From Ascoidea asiatica JCM 7603 (Eukaryota; Fungi; Ascomycota): a stretch of DNA of 64,000 nucleotides. Positions 47,347 to 59,469 of the stretch are shown here, in pieces. Position 1 is the first letter of the stretch. Each line of letters starts with the position of its first letter. Below the pieces are notes generated by a model. The model worked only from the letters and a program-made list of their open reading frames with translations, ran no database searches and had not been told where the DNA came from. Position numbers and translations under genes: made by a program. The stretch lies in NCBI GenBank assembly GCA_001600695.1, contig BCKQ01000001.1, positions 1,510,171 to 1,574,170 on the forward strand, given 5' to 3'.

Positions 47347-48675
47347 TTAGAAAATACCACCAGGAAATTTATTATCAATAGTAGGATTACTTTCAACTGT
47401 TAAAAGCATCATTCCATGAATTGAGGTATGATGAGGTTCATTGAAAAGATGGTAAAATATTTTAAATATATCTCCAAAGAACTTATCTACAATATGTTTG
47501 ATGAATTATTTGGTCCAGTCTACAAGCTTTTCTTTGGTATATTCATCAGCAAATCTTTCTTTTCTACAATAAAAAACGTTGAATCCAACAGAATGTGATC
47601 AGGATAAAGCATCAGCAAAATCAGAATCTGATGATGTACTTGACATATTATAAAGATTAGAAGAATCAGTATTATCATTTCTTTTAACAATGGAAGAAAA
47701 TTGTTGGACATCTTTGCCTTTGACATAAATTTTATCATCTTTTTCAGCTGAGTTTTGTTTTTTATTGTAATATTGATAAATTGCACTAGTTTCAGGAGTA
47801 TAAGCTCTAATAATACATTGACTTCCATTTTCAAATAATCCAACTTCTAATTCAATATTTCCCATAAATATAGAAAATTCCCATTTTTTAACTTTTGTTT
47901 TACTATTTTTAGTTTCCTAATTGAGAATACTTAGTAAAAACAATTTTATTATTTGAATCGTAACCAATAATTTCTGATGATCAAAGTTTATAACCTTTTT
48001 TATCATGTTTCATAAATCTATTATTTACAACTTCCTTAGCAAAAGCAAAATGACTAAATTTAAATTTCTTCTTACAATTGAAATCAGAATTAAAATCAGA
48101 AACATTTTTATTTGATTATGATCAATTGTAACAAGAGTAGTACCTACAGTTAAAATCAAAGCAGAAGTAATTAATAAAGTGCTAGAAGCAGTCAAAGTGG
48201 TTCCAATTGAATGAGCACTACATTCAAATGCTTTTCCTGGTGCAATTTTCCATTCAGCACAATTACCAGCATGAATAAAAACACCACTACAAGAAATGGA
48301 CATTTTTGCAACATTAAAAGCAAGACCAACAAAATTTTCCATAGCAGATCACATTTCACCTGCAATTAAAGTAGTTCTAGCGGGTGTAAGTCCATTATCA
48401 GTTAAATTTTTTTGATTTTTTTTAAATTATGCATAATTGAAGTTATTAATATCGATTGCAGCGCTTTCGGTACTTTTGACAATACTATTATTTACAATAG
48501 TAGTAGTGATATCGGGATTGACTGATTGCTCATCATTTGAAGTGGTGGTTGAGTTGAAAAATAAATTGAAAGATGAACCTAAAGTTGGAGGTTGAGATGG
48601 TAATGGAACTGGAATTGATTGAACAGTTAACAAGATTATAAGATTAGTTCAAAAAAATTTAGATGATAATCTCAT
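47347..48675 (-). pseudogene. Disrupted secreted preprotoxin gene, K1/KKT killer-toxin-like (~442 aa reconstructed)
   Basis: ATG at 48675 followed by a signal peptide. Six internal stops (48649, 48427, 48349, 47981, 47599, 47506) and two compensating frameshifts (~48113, ~47917). Cys-containing hydrophobic alpha-like region, Kex2 KR at 47680-47685, beta-like GFNVFYC segment. Confidence 0.7.
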
Positions 48676-49908
48676 TTTGAAATTCAATTTAATTACTTAA
48701 TTATTTACTGTAGTTATTAATATTATGATTGATTTTCTTTTATTTTTATATTTTTATATTTTTATTACTAGTATTAAAATAGTATATTAACCTTAATAAT
48801 AGAAAATAAAGATTAAAATGTAAAGAGCAAAAAAGAAGAAAAAATATAGACTCTCCATTTAGCAGAGAGAATATATTCTGTTTATATATTCAATTTATTC
48901 AGTATAATTCATCTTCAAAGATTGATTATATTTTAGATGAATAGCAAATTACAATTATTTACATGTTTGATTTTGCTTTCATTAGATAACATTTTAGACA
49001 TTTAAGGAATTAGATATGATAATTCAGATATTTAGTCGTGTTTGATTCCAATTTATTATAGAAATATCATAACTTATAAACTTTATTTTATTTGAATTAA
49101 TCTATGTTATCTGATTCCATTATATCATAATATTGTACTTTTAATATTTAAAAAAATGGACCAAAAAGTAGTGTTATACGGAAGATTCTATTCTTTATAC
49201 CATGGTCTGTACCACAAATATGGTTTCTACTTTGATATATGCTGTTCGATAATATACAAACACAGATAACACTGATATTTTTTTAATCATTGTTGAAAAA
49301 AATTGTTGCTACTTGAACTTCAAGTAACATATAATATTAAGCAACAATTTACCACTTCCTATTCAGAGTTTCTTATTGTGATTTTCATTCAGTTTTGCTG
49401 TATATTTTAGAATTTTCAACATAGTATGGAACGCAAAATCAAAAACTCCAGTCAAAAATAAAGTTCAGCTTGATGCATTATAAAGCATATGATACTTGAT
49501 CATAAACGTTATTTTAACAATCTTAGAAAATGGTTTTTCATATTTACAAGTTTCTGCAGTTATACAATTATTGAAAATTGCAGGCCAAGTACTATATTAT
49601 AGCTTATAAGTAAGAATTTCAAATAGTTCAACAAACCAATTTCCTAATTTAAAGCAAATTAACAAAAAGGGAATTAAAAAATTTTAAATAGAATCTTTTC
49701 AGTTCTTTTGAGATTAATTGGAAAAATGCCAGAAAAAAAAAGTGAAGCAAAGTATGTAAAGTTTAACAGCATTAGTTTTGAGAATACTAGCAATCTACAT
49801 TTTTACAAAAATTATTTTATACATATGTAAATTAGTGAAATAAAAAAAAATTAAAAGAGAAGTTCCAAAGAGATTAGGCAATAAATAAATAGAAATTTTA
49901 TCTTTAGT

Positions 49909-50931
49909 TTAATTCAAATTCATCAGATTACTGAAAGTCGAAATTTCATTTGAGCATGACATTTGATTAATTTGAAAAGACTCTTGACTACCATTTGGTT
50001 GATGAGTATCAATGTTACTTAAATTATTCAAATTGCTTAAACTATTCAGGAGATTTATATTATTCATATTGTTATTTGAATTAGAATAACTTATAGAATG
50101 TATAGAATTTAGAGTCCGGGAATTAAGATTATTATTCATAATATTTAAAGATGAAGTTAAGACTTGGATTTGATTCTCTAATTCTTTAATTTTCAAATTT
50201 TTTTTTTGAAGTATTTGTATTATTTGCTGCTTATTCATTTTCGAGGTTTGAGTAATTTCACGGTCCATACTATTTTCATTTTGATTTTTATTTTGATTTT
50301 CAGATTGATTTAATTTATTACACATTTGATTCTGTTTATTATTTGAAGCGGTATTTGATTTATTTAATAGATTTGACTGCCCCACTTGTTCTACCTGCTT
50401 TGACTTTTGTGATAGATTTGATTTTTTGAAATGTTTTTGGTTATTTGATTCTTTTCCATTTTCTTGACTATTTTTTGATAAAATATTGCTTTTTTCACTT
50501 AATGTTCCCATTTTCTGATTTGGAGGTCTAATAACCTTGATACCAGCGCGATTAATCATTCGTCTAATATATCTTGAACTAATTGGCTTTTCTGGATTAT
50601 TAGGCTTAACTACTTTTTTAAATAAATCATTAACATAATCAAAAGACAAATAATTTTCATGATTTTCATAAGTTCTCAATAACTTCAAAAAACCTTCTTT
50701 TTCCTCATCACTAATCAATTTTTGTTTTTCGATTTTATCTTCCATAGAGCCACTTGTTTTTCTTAATTTTTTATAAAAACCGGATCTATCAATGGCGTAG
50801 TCTTTACAAATATCTGTTACTTTTCTTTTCCTTTCAAAAGATCCTCGATTGATATATTCTTTAATTGCCAATTGATATCTTTGTTCCTTTTCTTTAATTT
50901 GTTCAAGTGACACAAATTTTTTCCTTGCCAT
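49909..50931 (-). CDS. Pogo/Fot1/CENP-B-like tandem HTH DNA-binding protein lacking the DDE domain
   Basis: psq-like HTH (YQLAIKEY...VTDICKDYAIDRSGFYKKL) then CENP-B-like HTH (QKLISDEEKE...ISSRYIRRMINR), followed by a Q/N-rich linker and coiled coil. Confidence 0.65.
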   Translation of the reverse strand: MARKKFVSLEQIKEKEQRYQLAIKEYINRGSFERKRKVTDICKDYAIDRSGFYKKLRKTSGSMEDKIEKQKLISDEEKEGFLKLLRTYENHENYLSFDYVNDLFKKVVKPNNPEKPISSRYIRRMINRAGIKVIRPPNQKMGTLSEKSNILSKNSQENGKESNNQKHFKKSNLSQKSKQVEQVGQSNLLNKSNTASNNKQNQMCNKLNQSENQNKNQNENSMDREITQTSKMNKQQIIQILQKKNLKIKELENQIQVLTSSLNIMNNNLNSRTLNSIHSISYSNSNNNMNNINLLNSLSNLNNLSNIDTHQPNGSQESFQINQMSCSNEISTFSNLMNLN

Positions 50932-51383
50932 ATTTACGAAGCTTTCCTAATAAACTTTCTCACATAACATTAAAAATAAAAACCATGAATACAATGAGAT
51001 TTAACAATTATTAATCAAATATTTCCTCTTCCTTATTAATATTCCATCTCTTCCTTCTTTGCTTTATTTATCTTTCCTCTTTATTCAATTTAATCTTAAT
51101 TCTACTCTTCTTTTGTTCCATTATTTTAAACTTCGAGCCTTTGTGCAAAAGCACCATGTGATCACAATCTCTCTCTTTTTCACTTTGTATCTTTTAACGC
51201 GAAAGTCGAAAAATAACGGTTAAAAAATATGAACGAACTTAAGTTACTGTTTATTTACCAATAACGATAGCCTAAACGTTACGTCGTTACTGAGAGTTTA
51301 TTGTTTAATATCCGCTGGTTGAAGAAAACAAAATTATTTCCGCTTTTGATTGGTGAAAGTAAGTTTTAAGAGTTAAACCCGCA

Positions 51384-51391
51384 TCACGTGA
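51384..51391. promoter_or_regulatory. TCACGTGA Cbf1-type site upstream of ATM1
   Basis: Perfect palindromic motif about 250 bp upstream of the ATG. Confidence 0.5.
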
Positions 51392-51634
51392 ATATATGTT
51401 TAATCATAAAGTTAAATTCACTCCGATTGTAGTTACAGTAGCCGGTAAAGCTTGAATTTATTGGATTCTATCCTTGAATTTTGATTTGCATCAGCTTGAC
51501 TCAATAGATATAAAGACAATTGATAATGTTGATATTCTTCTTCTGAAACATTTCAAATAAATTGAATCATTTTAACCAAATCATTTATTTTTCTGATAAC
51601 TCTGTTGGTTAGAGGTTTCTAAATTGGTATAGAA

Positions 51635-53860
51635 ATGATTATAAGGTCTCCAGTTAGACCCTTTGTTTTTCTGATAAGAGAATTCAATTCTTTTAATTGC
51701 ACCTCCAATAGTGGAAAAGCTTTATCGAATTTAGCTAGTGATAATAAATCATATTTTTTCAAACCTAATGGTAATTTTTTATCCCATCAATTGTTTTTCA
51801 CTTTAAATAAGAGAATTGATCCCAAATTTATTTTAAAAAAAGCTTTTTTTCATACAAATTCGTTAATTAATTCTCCTAAATCTGTTAATTCTAACAATTC
51901 TGAAAATTCTGTTAAATCATCTGATAAATTAACATCAAGTTCAAAGCCTAAAAAAGCTCTTTCAACAGAAATTTTTGATAATACTAAAATTTCAGAAAGA
52001 GATATCTTGAAAGAATTACTTACAAAGTTATGGCCTAAAAATAATCCATGGGCTAAATCAAGAGTAGTAATTGCACTTTCATTATTAATTTCTGCAAAAT
52101 TATTGAATGTTCAAGTTCCTTTTTTTTTCAAATCAATTATTGATGGCATGAATATAGACTGGCTTACTGAAGCGGGAACTGTAACAACATTAATTGGTGG
52201 AACAATTTTGGCATATGGTACTGCAAGATTTGGTGCTGTATTATTTGGTGAATTAAGAAATGCTGTATTTGCAAGAGTTGCTCAAAATGCTATAAATAAA
52301 GTAGCTCATGATACTTTTGTTCATTTATTAAATTTAGATCTTGGTTTTCATTTAGCTAAACAAACTGGTGGTTTAACTAGAGCTATAGATAGAGGTACAA
52401 AAGGTATTTCATATGTTTTAACTGCAATGGTCTTTCATATATTACCAATTTCTTTTGAAATTACAATGGTTTGTTCTATTTTGACTTATAATTATGGTAT
52501 GCAATTTGCTGCTATTACTTTTGCAACAATGCTAGCATACTCAATTTTTACAATCAGAACTACAACTTGGAGGACCGCTTTTAGAAGACAGACAAATAAA
52601 GCTGATAATCAAGCTGCAAGTATTGCTTTAGATTCTTTAATAAATTATGAAGCTGTTAAATATTTTAATAATGAAGCATTTCAAGTTTCGAAATATGATA
52701 AAGCTTTAAGAAAATATAATGATGCAAAAGTTAAAGTGGCAACTTCTTTAGCTTTCTTAAATTCTGGTCAAAATTTTATTTTTACTTCCGCTTTAACTTC
52801 AATGATGTATCTTGCTTGTCATGGTGTTTCAACAGGTTCATTAACTGTAGGAGATTTGGTTCTTATTAATCAATTAGTATTTCAATTATCCGTTCCTTTA
52901 AATTTTTTGGGTTCTGTCTATAGAGATCTTAAACAATCTTTACTCGACATGGAATCTTTATTCAAGGTTAATTTAGTTCCAATTAAGATTAAAGATTCTC
53001 CAAATGCAAAACCTTTAGTTTTAACTGGTGGTAAAATTGAGTTTGTTAATGTCACTTTTGGTTATCATCCTGATAGAAAAATTCTTAAAGATATTTCTTT
53101 CGTAATTCCTGCTGGTCAAAAAGTCGCATTAGTTGGTCCTTCAGGTTCTGGAAAATCTACAATTTTGAAATTAATTTTTAGATTTTATGATGTTGATAGT
53201 GGAAAGATTTTGATTGATGGTCAAGATATTAGAGACGTCTCTTTAGAAACTTTAAGAAAAGCAATTGGAGTAGTTCCTCAAGATACTCCTTTATTTAATG
53301 AATCCATTATTGAAAATATAAGATATGGTAATTTGAATGCAACTGATGATGAAGTTAATACGGCTATTCAAGAAGCTAAATTATCAGGATTAATAAAAGA
53401 TTTACCTGATGGTGTTAATACAATTGTTGGGGAAAGAGGTATGATGATATCTGGTGGTGAAAAACAAAGATTAGCAATTGCTCGATTACTTTTAAAGAAA
53501 GCTCCAATCACTTTTTTTGATGAAGCAACTTCTGCCTTAGATACTCAAACTGAGCAAGCTTTACTTAAGGAAATTAGATCAATTTTTGATAAAAATAATA
53601 GTACTCAAGTTTCAATTGCACATAGATTAAGAACAATTGCTGATAGTGATAAAATTATCGTTCTTAAAAAAGGTAAAGTAAAGGAAGAAGGTAATCATTA
53701 TCAATTATTGCAATCAAAGGATTCTTTATATTCCGAATTATGGAATATTCAAGAAAATTTGGATCTTGAAGAACAAATGTTGAAAGAAGATGAATCTAGA
53801 GTTAAGAAATTAAAGGCTCAAATGCAAGAAAAATTAGGTGTTAATGAGAAACATGCTTAA
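51635..53860 (+). CDS. ATM1: Mitochondrial ABC half-transporter (Fe-S export)
   Basis: [30 protein letters not shown], Walker [28 protein letters not shown]. Confidence 0.96.
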   Translation: MIIRSPVRPFVFLIREFNSFNCTSNSGKALSNLASDNKSYFFKPNGNFLSHQLFFTLNKRIDPKFILKKAFFHTNSLINSPKSVNSNNSENSVKSSDKLTSSSKPKKALSTEIFDNTKISERDILKELLTKLWPKNNPWAKSRVVIALSLLISAKLLNVQVPFFFKSIIDGMNIDWLTEAGTVTTLIGGTILAYGTARFGAVLFGELRNAVFARVAQNAINKVAHDTFVHLLNLDLGFHLAKQTGGLTRAIDRGTKGISYVLTAMVFHILPISFEITMVCSILTYNYGMQFAAITFATMLAYSIFTIRTTTWRTAFRRQTNKADNQAASIALDSLINYEAVKYFNNEAFQVSKYDKALRKYNDAKVKVATSLAFLNSGQNFIFTSALTSMMYLACHGVSTGSLTVGDLVLINQLVFQLSVPLNFLGSVYRDLKQSLLDMESLFKVNLVPIKIKDSPNAKPLVLTGGKIEFVNVTFGYHPDRKILKDISFVIPAGQKVALVGPSGSGKSTILKLIFRFYDVDSGKILIDGQDIRDVSLETLRKAIGVVPQDTPLFNESIIENIRYGNLNATDDEVNTAIQEAKLSGLIKDLPDGVNTIVGERGMMISGGEKQRLAIARLLLKKAPITFFDEATSALDTQTEQALLKEIRSIFDKNNSTQVSIAHRLRTIADSDKIIVLKKGKVKEEGNHYQLLQSKDSLYSELWNIQENLDLEEQMLKEDESRVKKLKAQMQEKLGVNEKHA

Positions 53861-54250
53861 TCAATAAAATAATTCAATAAATTAATTGCTACCTTTTGGA
53901 CATATATCAAGTCTGCTTATAAATATAAATTCTTAATATTTTCTTGTATAGTAATGATAGATTTTTTAACTAATTTCCTAATATAAATTTTTGTTTTTGA
54001 TTTTTTTGAAGGATGCATATATGAATATATATTAAAGTACATGTTGAAGAATCATCAAGAAGTGAAAAAAAGTGCAAAAAAAATTGCTAGATAGTTTATA
54101 AAAGTAAGAAAAAAAACTATCATTGAAAATTAATAAAAAAATAAATGCCATCATATCTAAGACTTGAAATTAACTTAACTGTTGAATTCAAGTAATTTCG
54201 TTAAAAAAAAAAGTGTTGCACACATAAAACTAAAATAAACTAAAGGCTTA

Positions 54251-57085
54251 TTAAAATAATCCATCGATTTCTCCATCATCGTTTACTTCAACATCCATGA
54301 AGCCGCAATGAGTTGGTAAGCCAGGAATTGTTTGGATTTCAGCCGCTAAAGCATAAAGATATCCAGCCCCAATACTAGCTCTAACATCTCTAATAGGAAA
54401 TGTAAAACCAGTAGGAACACCTTTCAAAGAAGCATCGTGGGATAAAGAATATTGAGTTTTTGCAATACAAATTGGTAAATTGCCAAATCCTTGTTTAGTG
54501 TATAAGTCAATCTTTTTTTGAGCTTCCGGTAAAAATTCAACTTTTCCAGCACCATACATAACTTTAGCAATAGTGGAGATTTTATTTTCAACTGAATCAT
54601 TAGTTGGATATAAAAATTTAAAGTCTTTTGGTAAGCTTGAAGCTTCAATAACACCTTTTGCAAGATCTACTGCACCTTTCCCACCTTCTTCCCAGTGGTT
54701 AGAAACAATAGCATCAACTGCACCAGCTTTGAGTGAAGCCTCACGAATAATTTCATGTTCTTTTTCAGTATCAGAAGTCATTTTATTTATGGCAACTACA
54801 ACAGGTAAACCATATTGTTTTGCATTTGAAATATGTTTTGCTAAATTAGCACAACCTTTTGATAATAATTCAATATTTTCTTGAGTATATTCTGGAGCTA
54901 AGGCAGTACCTGCTTTAACTTCAGGTCCTCCACCATGAACTTTCAATGCCCTGACGGTTGCAACAATGACAACTACATCAGGAACTAATCCAGATGATCT
55001 ACATTTGATATTAATGAATCTTTCACCTCCCATTGTAAAATCAAAACCAGCTTCAGTAATAACATATCCTTCTTCTTCTTTGGTTTGTTTTTCAGATAAA
55101 TTTTGATCAACACCTGCAAGTTTTAAAGCAATTTTATCAGAAAGGATTGAATTAGCACCAATAGAAATATTAGCAAAAGGACCAGCATGAATGAAAACTG
55201 GAGTTCCCTCTAATGTTTGCATAATAGTAGGCTTTATGGCATCAACCAAAAGAGCTGTTAAAGCACCAGCAGCTCCAATATCTTCACATGTAATTGGTAC
55301 ACCGGCTTTAGAAGAGGCAATAACAATTTTTCCTAATCTTTCTCTTAAATCCGGTAAAGAGTTAGCTAGAGCTAAAATTGCCATACATTCAGACGCAACA
55401 GAAATATCAAAACCAGTTTTTCTTGTCATTCCTCTTTCAGTTGGAGCTTCGCCTATGGTAATACCTCTAAGGAATCTATCATTACAATCAACAACTCTTT
55501 TCCAAGTGATTGATTCTGGATCAATATCTAATCTTGCAAATTTAGTAACTTCTTCTGGAGTTAAATCATTTGGATCAGTTTTATTTATTTCTAATTTTTC
55601 TAATCTTTTTAACATTGAAGGAGTGAACTTTCTAATACCTTTTTTAGTTGAAACTAATCTTCTATATAAAGGACCATCTTTTTGAGTATTTTCATGAAAA
55701 ATTCTAGTATCAATTGCAGCAGCTAATAAATTATTCGCCATTGAAATAGCATGAATATCACCAGTTAAATGCATATTAAATTCATCCATTGGAATAACTT
55801 GAGAATAACCACCACCTGCAGCACCACCTTTAATACCAAAAGTTGGGCCCATTGATGGTTGACGGACATTTGCAAAAACAGTTTTTTTCAAATGAGCACC
55901 TAAAGCTTGAGCTAAACCAACAGTTGTAGTTGATTTTCCTTCACCTAACGGAGTTGGGGTTATACCAGTAACAAGAATATATTTACCATTTTTTTTATCT
56001 TTCAATCTATTTAAAATTGATAATTTAACTTTTGCTTTTGTTGAACCATAAGGTTCTAATTCAGAAGACAAAATTCCAGATTCTTTTGCAATTTTTGTAA
56101 TTTCTTTTGGTTTTTGATCTCTTGAAATTTCATAATCTGAAGGAACTGGTTTTAATAAATTTAAAGGTAATGGAATAAAATTTTCTTTTGTAAAAGAAGA
56201 ACCTAAAGAATAAAATCTTTTTGCAGAGATTAAAACATTGTCAAGTAACATTGCAACAGTCATTGGGCCAACTCCACCAGGAACAGGAGTTATTTTTGAA
56301 GCAATTTGAGAAACCGAATCAAAATCAACATCACCAACCATTCTTGCACCTGATTTTTTTGAGGAGTCTGGGATAAAATTTGTACCAACATCAATTACAA
56401 TAACATTTTTTTTTAAATTATCTTTATTTAAAAAGTTTGGTTTACCAATTGCAGAAACTATAATATCAGCATTTTTCAAATAATAATCAATATTTTTTGA
56501 TTTTGAGTGTAAAATTGTAACAGTTGAATTCTGATCTTTTAATAAGTTTGCAACTGGAGAACCAACAATATCAGATCTACCTAAAACAACAGAGTTTGTA
56601 CCATCTAAATTAATTTTTTCAAATTCTAATAATTTCATAATACCTTTTGGAGTAGCTGGTTTAAAAAAAGGATTACCATTTTTTTTAAATAATTCACCAA
56701 TATTATTTGAGTTAAAACCATCAACATCTTTTTTTGGTGAAACTGAATTTGTTATAATTTTTTCATTTAAATGAGATGGTAAAGGTAGTTGAACAATGAT
56801 TCCATGAATTTTAGAATCATTATTTAAAATTTCAATTTTTTCAATTAATTCATCATTTGTAATTGAAGTTGGTAATTTTAATAAATGACAAATTATTTTA
56901 CTTTCTTTTGCAGCTTTAATTTTCATTTTTACATAAGTTGAAGAATCTTTTCTTTCACCAACTTGAATAATTGTAAAAGATGGTAAAAAATTTGAATTTT
57001 TACATTGTAATGAAGTTATTTCTTTTTCGATATTTGAACGAATAATTGAAGCAATTGCTTTACCATCAATTTTTTCTGCAGTCAT
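54251..57085 (-). CDS. ADE3: Trifunctional C1-tetrahydrofolate synthase, cytosolic type
   Basis: TPVPGGVGPMTV, TPTPLGEGKSTT, GIKGGAAGGGYSQV. No mitochondrial presequence (in-frame TAG a few codons upstream). Confidence 0.92.
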   Translation of the reverse strand: MTAEKIDGKAIASIIRSNIEKEITSLQCKNSNFLPSFTIIQVGERKDSSTYVKMKIKAAKESKIICHLLKLPTSITNDELIEKIEILNNDSKIHGIIVQLPLPSHLNEKIITNSVSPKKDVDGFNSNNIGELFKKNGNPFFKPATPKGIMKLLEFEKINLDGTNSVVLGRSDIVGSPVANLLKDQNSTVTILHSKSKNIDYYLKNADIIVSAIGKPNFLNKDNLKKNVIVIDVGTNFIPDSSKKSGARMVGDVDFDSVSQIASKITPVPGGVGPMTVAMLLDNVLISAKRFYSLGSSFTKENFIPLPLNLLKPVPSDYEISRDQKPKEITKIAKESGILSSELEPYGSTKAKVKLSILNRLKDKKNGKYILVTGITPTPLGEGKSTTTVGLAQALGAHLKKTVFANVRQPSMGPTFGIKGGAAGGGYSQVIPMDEFNMHLTGDIHAISMANNLLAAAIDTRIFHENTQKDGPLYRRLVSTKKGIRKFTPSMLKRLEKLEINKTDPNDLTPEEVTKFARLDIDPESITWKRVVDCNDRFLRGITIGEAPTERGMTRKTGFDISVASECMAILALANSLPDLRERLGKIVIASSKAGVPITCEDIGAAGALTALLVDAIKPTIMQTLEGTPVFIHAGPFANISIGANSILSDKIALKLAGVDQNLSEKQTKEEEGYVITEAGFDFTMGGERFINIKCRSSGLVPDVVVIVATVRALKVHGGGPEVKAGTALAPEYTQENIELLSKGCANLAKHISNAKQYGLPVVVAINKMTSDTEKEHEIIREASLKAGAVDAIVSNHWEEGGKGAVDLAKGVIEASSLPKDFKFLYPTNDSVENKISTIAKVMYGAGKVEFLPEAQKKIDLYTKQGFGNLPICIAKTQYSLSHDASLKGVPTGFTFPIRDVRASIGAGYLYALAAEIQTIPGLPTHCGFMDVEVNDDGEIDGLF

Positions 57086-57449
57086 TTTAAAAGAAACCAG
57101 ATACTAATTAAAATAAAGACAAAGAGATAAAAAAAGTAATGATTACTATTGAAGTCTTATTCAATTCTTATTGAATAATGTATAAATGCTTAATGGAGGA
57201 TTAATTAGTGTTTATTAATCAATATTGAATTAAATATGAGTAATAATTTAGGTAAAAAACAGGGTTTTTATATAAATTTTGATAAGTCGAAATTAAAACT
57301 CGATTTATACGATAAAAATTGAAAAAACGTTGAGATTTACGGAAGAATGCGATCACAGGAGTACCGATGAATTGGTTTCAAAGATTTAATTCAAATGGAT
57401 ACATAGTTAAATTATATTTAATAGTTTAAATTATGGTTAAAAAGAGAAA

Positions 57450-58298
57450 CTAAGAAGTTATTACATTATTAAAAGAACCTTCAGCTTCTTTAATTTCCCA
57501 AAAAGTTTTATTAACATCATGATTACCATAATATTTCCAACCTTTTTCAGTTACATGATAAAGATTAATTGAACCACCAGAATAAGCATCTCTATGAGTT
57601 GCGGCTAAAATTGATCTTTTACCTAATTTTAAAGCTTCATCAACAGATAAATCCCATTTATAATTTGAATCAAGTACACCATAAGCAAAAGTTTGACCAG
57701 AACCAACACAAAATATTTCACCTTTTAATCTTGTACCGTCAGAATCTACATAATAAATTGAAGGACCTTCTTTTTTTGTATAACCACAAATCATTGTACC
57801 CATTGATAAACCCATACCTTTATATTGATAAACTAAATTTGATAAGATTTTGGAAGCAGCAGCAATTGAAATTCTTTCTTTATTTCTTAATTCATGTAAT
57901 CTACATTGAGAACCTAACCAAGTTTCCCAAAATTGACAATCTGCAGCACCACCTGCCATTGTACCTAATAAAAATGGATTAATTTCTATAACTTTTTTAA
58001 CAGTTTGAGATGCAATCCAAGAGCCTGCACTTGCTCTTGAATCTACAGCTACAATTATACCATGTTTAAATCTAAATGCTAAAGTTGTAGTACCATGAGC
58101 AATTTTAATTTTTGCATCTGGATTAATACTATCATCAGTATTTGCTCTAAGAAATTTAGTAGGTTGAGTAATTGGTGGTAAAGAAATTGATGGTGCAATA
58201 TTTGAATTTAATGAAAGTTTATTAAAATCTTGTATATTTGAATCAAAATCATGATCTGAGTGAGATTGATTATTTAATTTATTAATTATAGCATTCAT
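57450..58298 (-). CDS. PRE2: 20S proteasome beta-5 subunit
   Basis: Propeptide followed by IAHG|[37 protein letters not shown]. Confidence 0.97.
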   Translation of the reverse strand: MNAIINKLNNQSHSDHDFDSNIQDFNKLSLNSNIAPSISLPPITQPTKFLRANTDDSINPDAKIKIAHGTTTLAFRFKHGIIVAVDSRASAGSWIASQTVKKVIEINPFLLGTMAGGAADCQFWETWLGSQCRLHELRNKERISIAAASKILSNLVYQYKGMGLSMGTMICGYTKKEGPSIYYVDSDGTRLKGEIFCVGSGQTFAYGVLDSNYKWDLSVDEALKLGKRSILAATHRDAYSGGSINLYHVTEKGWKYYGNHDVNKTFWEIKEAEGSFNNVITS

Positions 58299-58499
58299 GA
58301 TTGAGAATGTATTTGATTAAATAGAATTGAATTGAAATGAATTGAATTAAACCAAGGAATATATAATAAGTGTATTGAATATGATAAGATGAAAAGTATT
58401 TTGTTATATTCTGGTTTGATTCAGGTTCAGATTCAGGTTCAGATTCAAACTCTTCATCGCTATCTTCTCAGACACCATAAAAGATAAAAACAGACTGAT

Positions 58500-58508
58500 G
58501 GTGGCAAG
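58500..58508 (+). promoter_or_regulatory. PACE-like Rpn4 site GGTGGCAAG upstream of PRE2
   Basis: 8/9 match to GGTGGCAAA, about 200 bp upstream of a proteasome gene. Confidence 0.7.
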
Positions 58509-59469
58509 TCCACTGGGAAAAGCGAAAAAGAAAGACCGGCTAGTCACGTTGATAAGTGACGCCGGAAATGTGGAAGTAGTATGATAATATTGGAGCTGGT
58601 TTCAGGCGTATTGAATATATTAGTGTGGCTGGTGTGTTGCCTGTTTCTTGTAGTCCGGTGTCGGAGAAAAGAGGAACAATAAGCACATCTCGCGCTTGGC
58701 ACAGGGGAAGCTCCAAGGGCGGTGTGATATCATACTGCAAAGGCAACTGCAAACAGACCAGAACCACCTGAGATCTCAGAAACAGTCTGCAGAAGAGCAG
58801 TCTGAGGATAATGCATTTGAGTAATTTCTTCATTCATTTGCTCTTTCATCTCCATCACCAAAACTATCTTAGCGTTTAATTGTCTCCATTGTCTTCATCA
58901 TTTTAATCATCTTCTCTCAAGATTCAATTCAATATACATAAAACCATTTCTCATTACTCTTTTGAATTGATCTTCTGCTACTTTTCTATCTCTTTTTTTC
59001 AATATCTTGCTATCCTTACTGCATATTGCTTTCTCATCTCAATTCATATCAGTCATATCATTCAAATAATACATACCATTCATTCATAAATATTCTTAAT
59101 CAATTCAACTCATTTCAATTCTTTTTAGCATTACTATAAATTCATTCAAATCAAATCATCTAATACAATTGTAATAAATAGTATAAAAAATCATTCCTCT
59201 TTTGATCAATTAGGAAATTGAAAATTACAAATCAAATTACAAATCAGAAAAAAAATCAATAAAAAAAAAAATCATTAAAAAAAAAAATTAAAAGGTATTC
59301 GATTATTCATTATTATTTTGTGACGTATGTTTTTAATAAGTTTAAATATAAATTTAAATTTAATCACAAATACATATACAAAATTATTAAAATTACTAAA
59401 ATTATCTAATCTTCAATAAATAAAATTTATAATTCAATCAAATCACATACTTATTTATCTATATATTCA

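Noticed and set aside
47347-48675. In-frame TGA stops read as Trp (NUMT, mitochondrial code or programmed readthrough)
   Set aside because: TAA stops and two frameshifts are also present, TGG is used for Trp, and the product has an ER signal peptide. Ordinary pseudogenisation is simpler.
51383-51430. Point centromere (CDEI ATCACGTG, AT-rich spacer, TCCGA)
   Set aside because: The spacer is only about 30 bp, there is no proper CDEIII consensus, and it sits in the ATM1 promoter. A Cbf1 site is sufficient explanation.
49000-51600. Terminal inverted repeats around the HTH gene
   Set aside because: No matching inverted pair found by eye, so it is not called an intact mobile element.
55191-55685. 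Antisense and alternate-frame ORFs inside real genes (for example 12431-12775, 17045-17440, 57569-57982)
   Set aside because: Shadow ORFs caused by codon bias of the true CDS.
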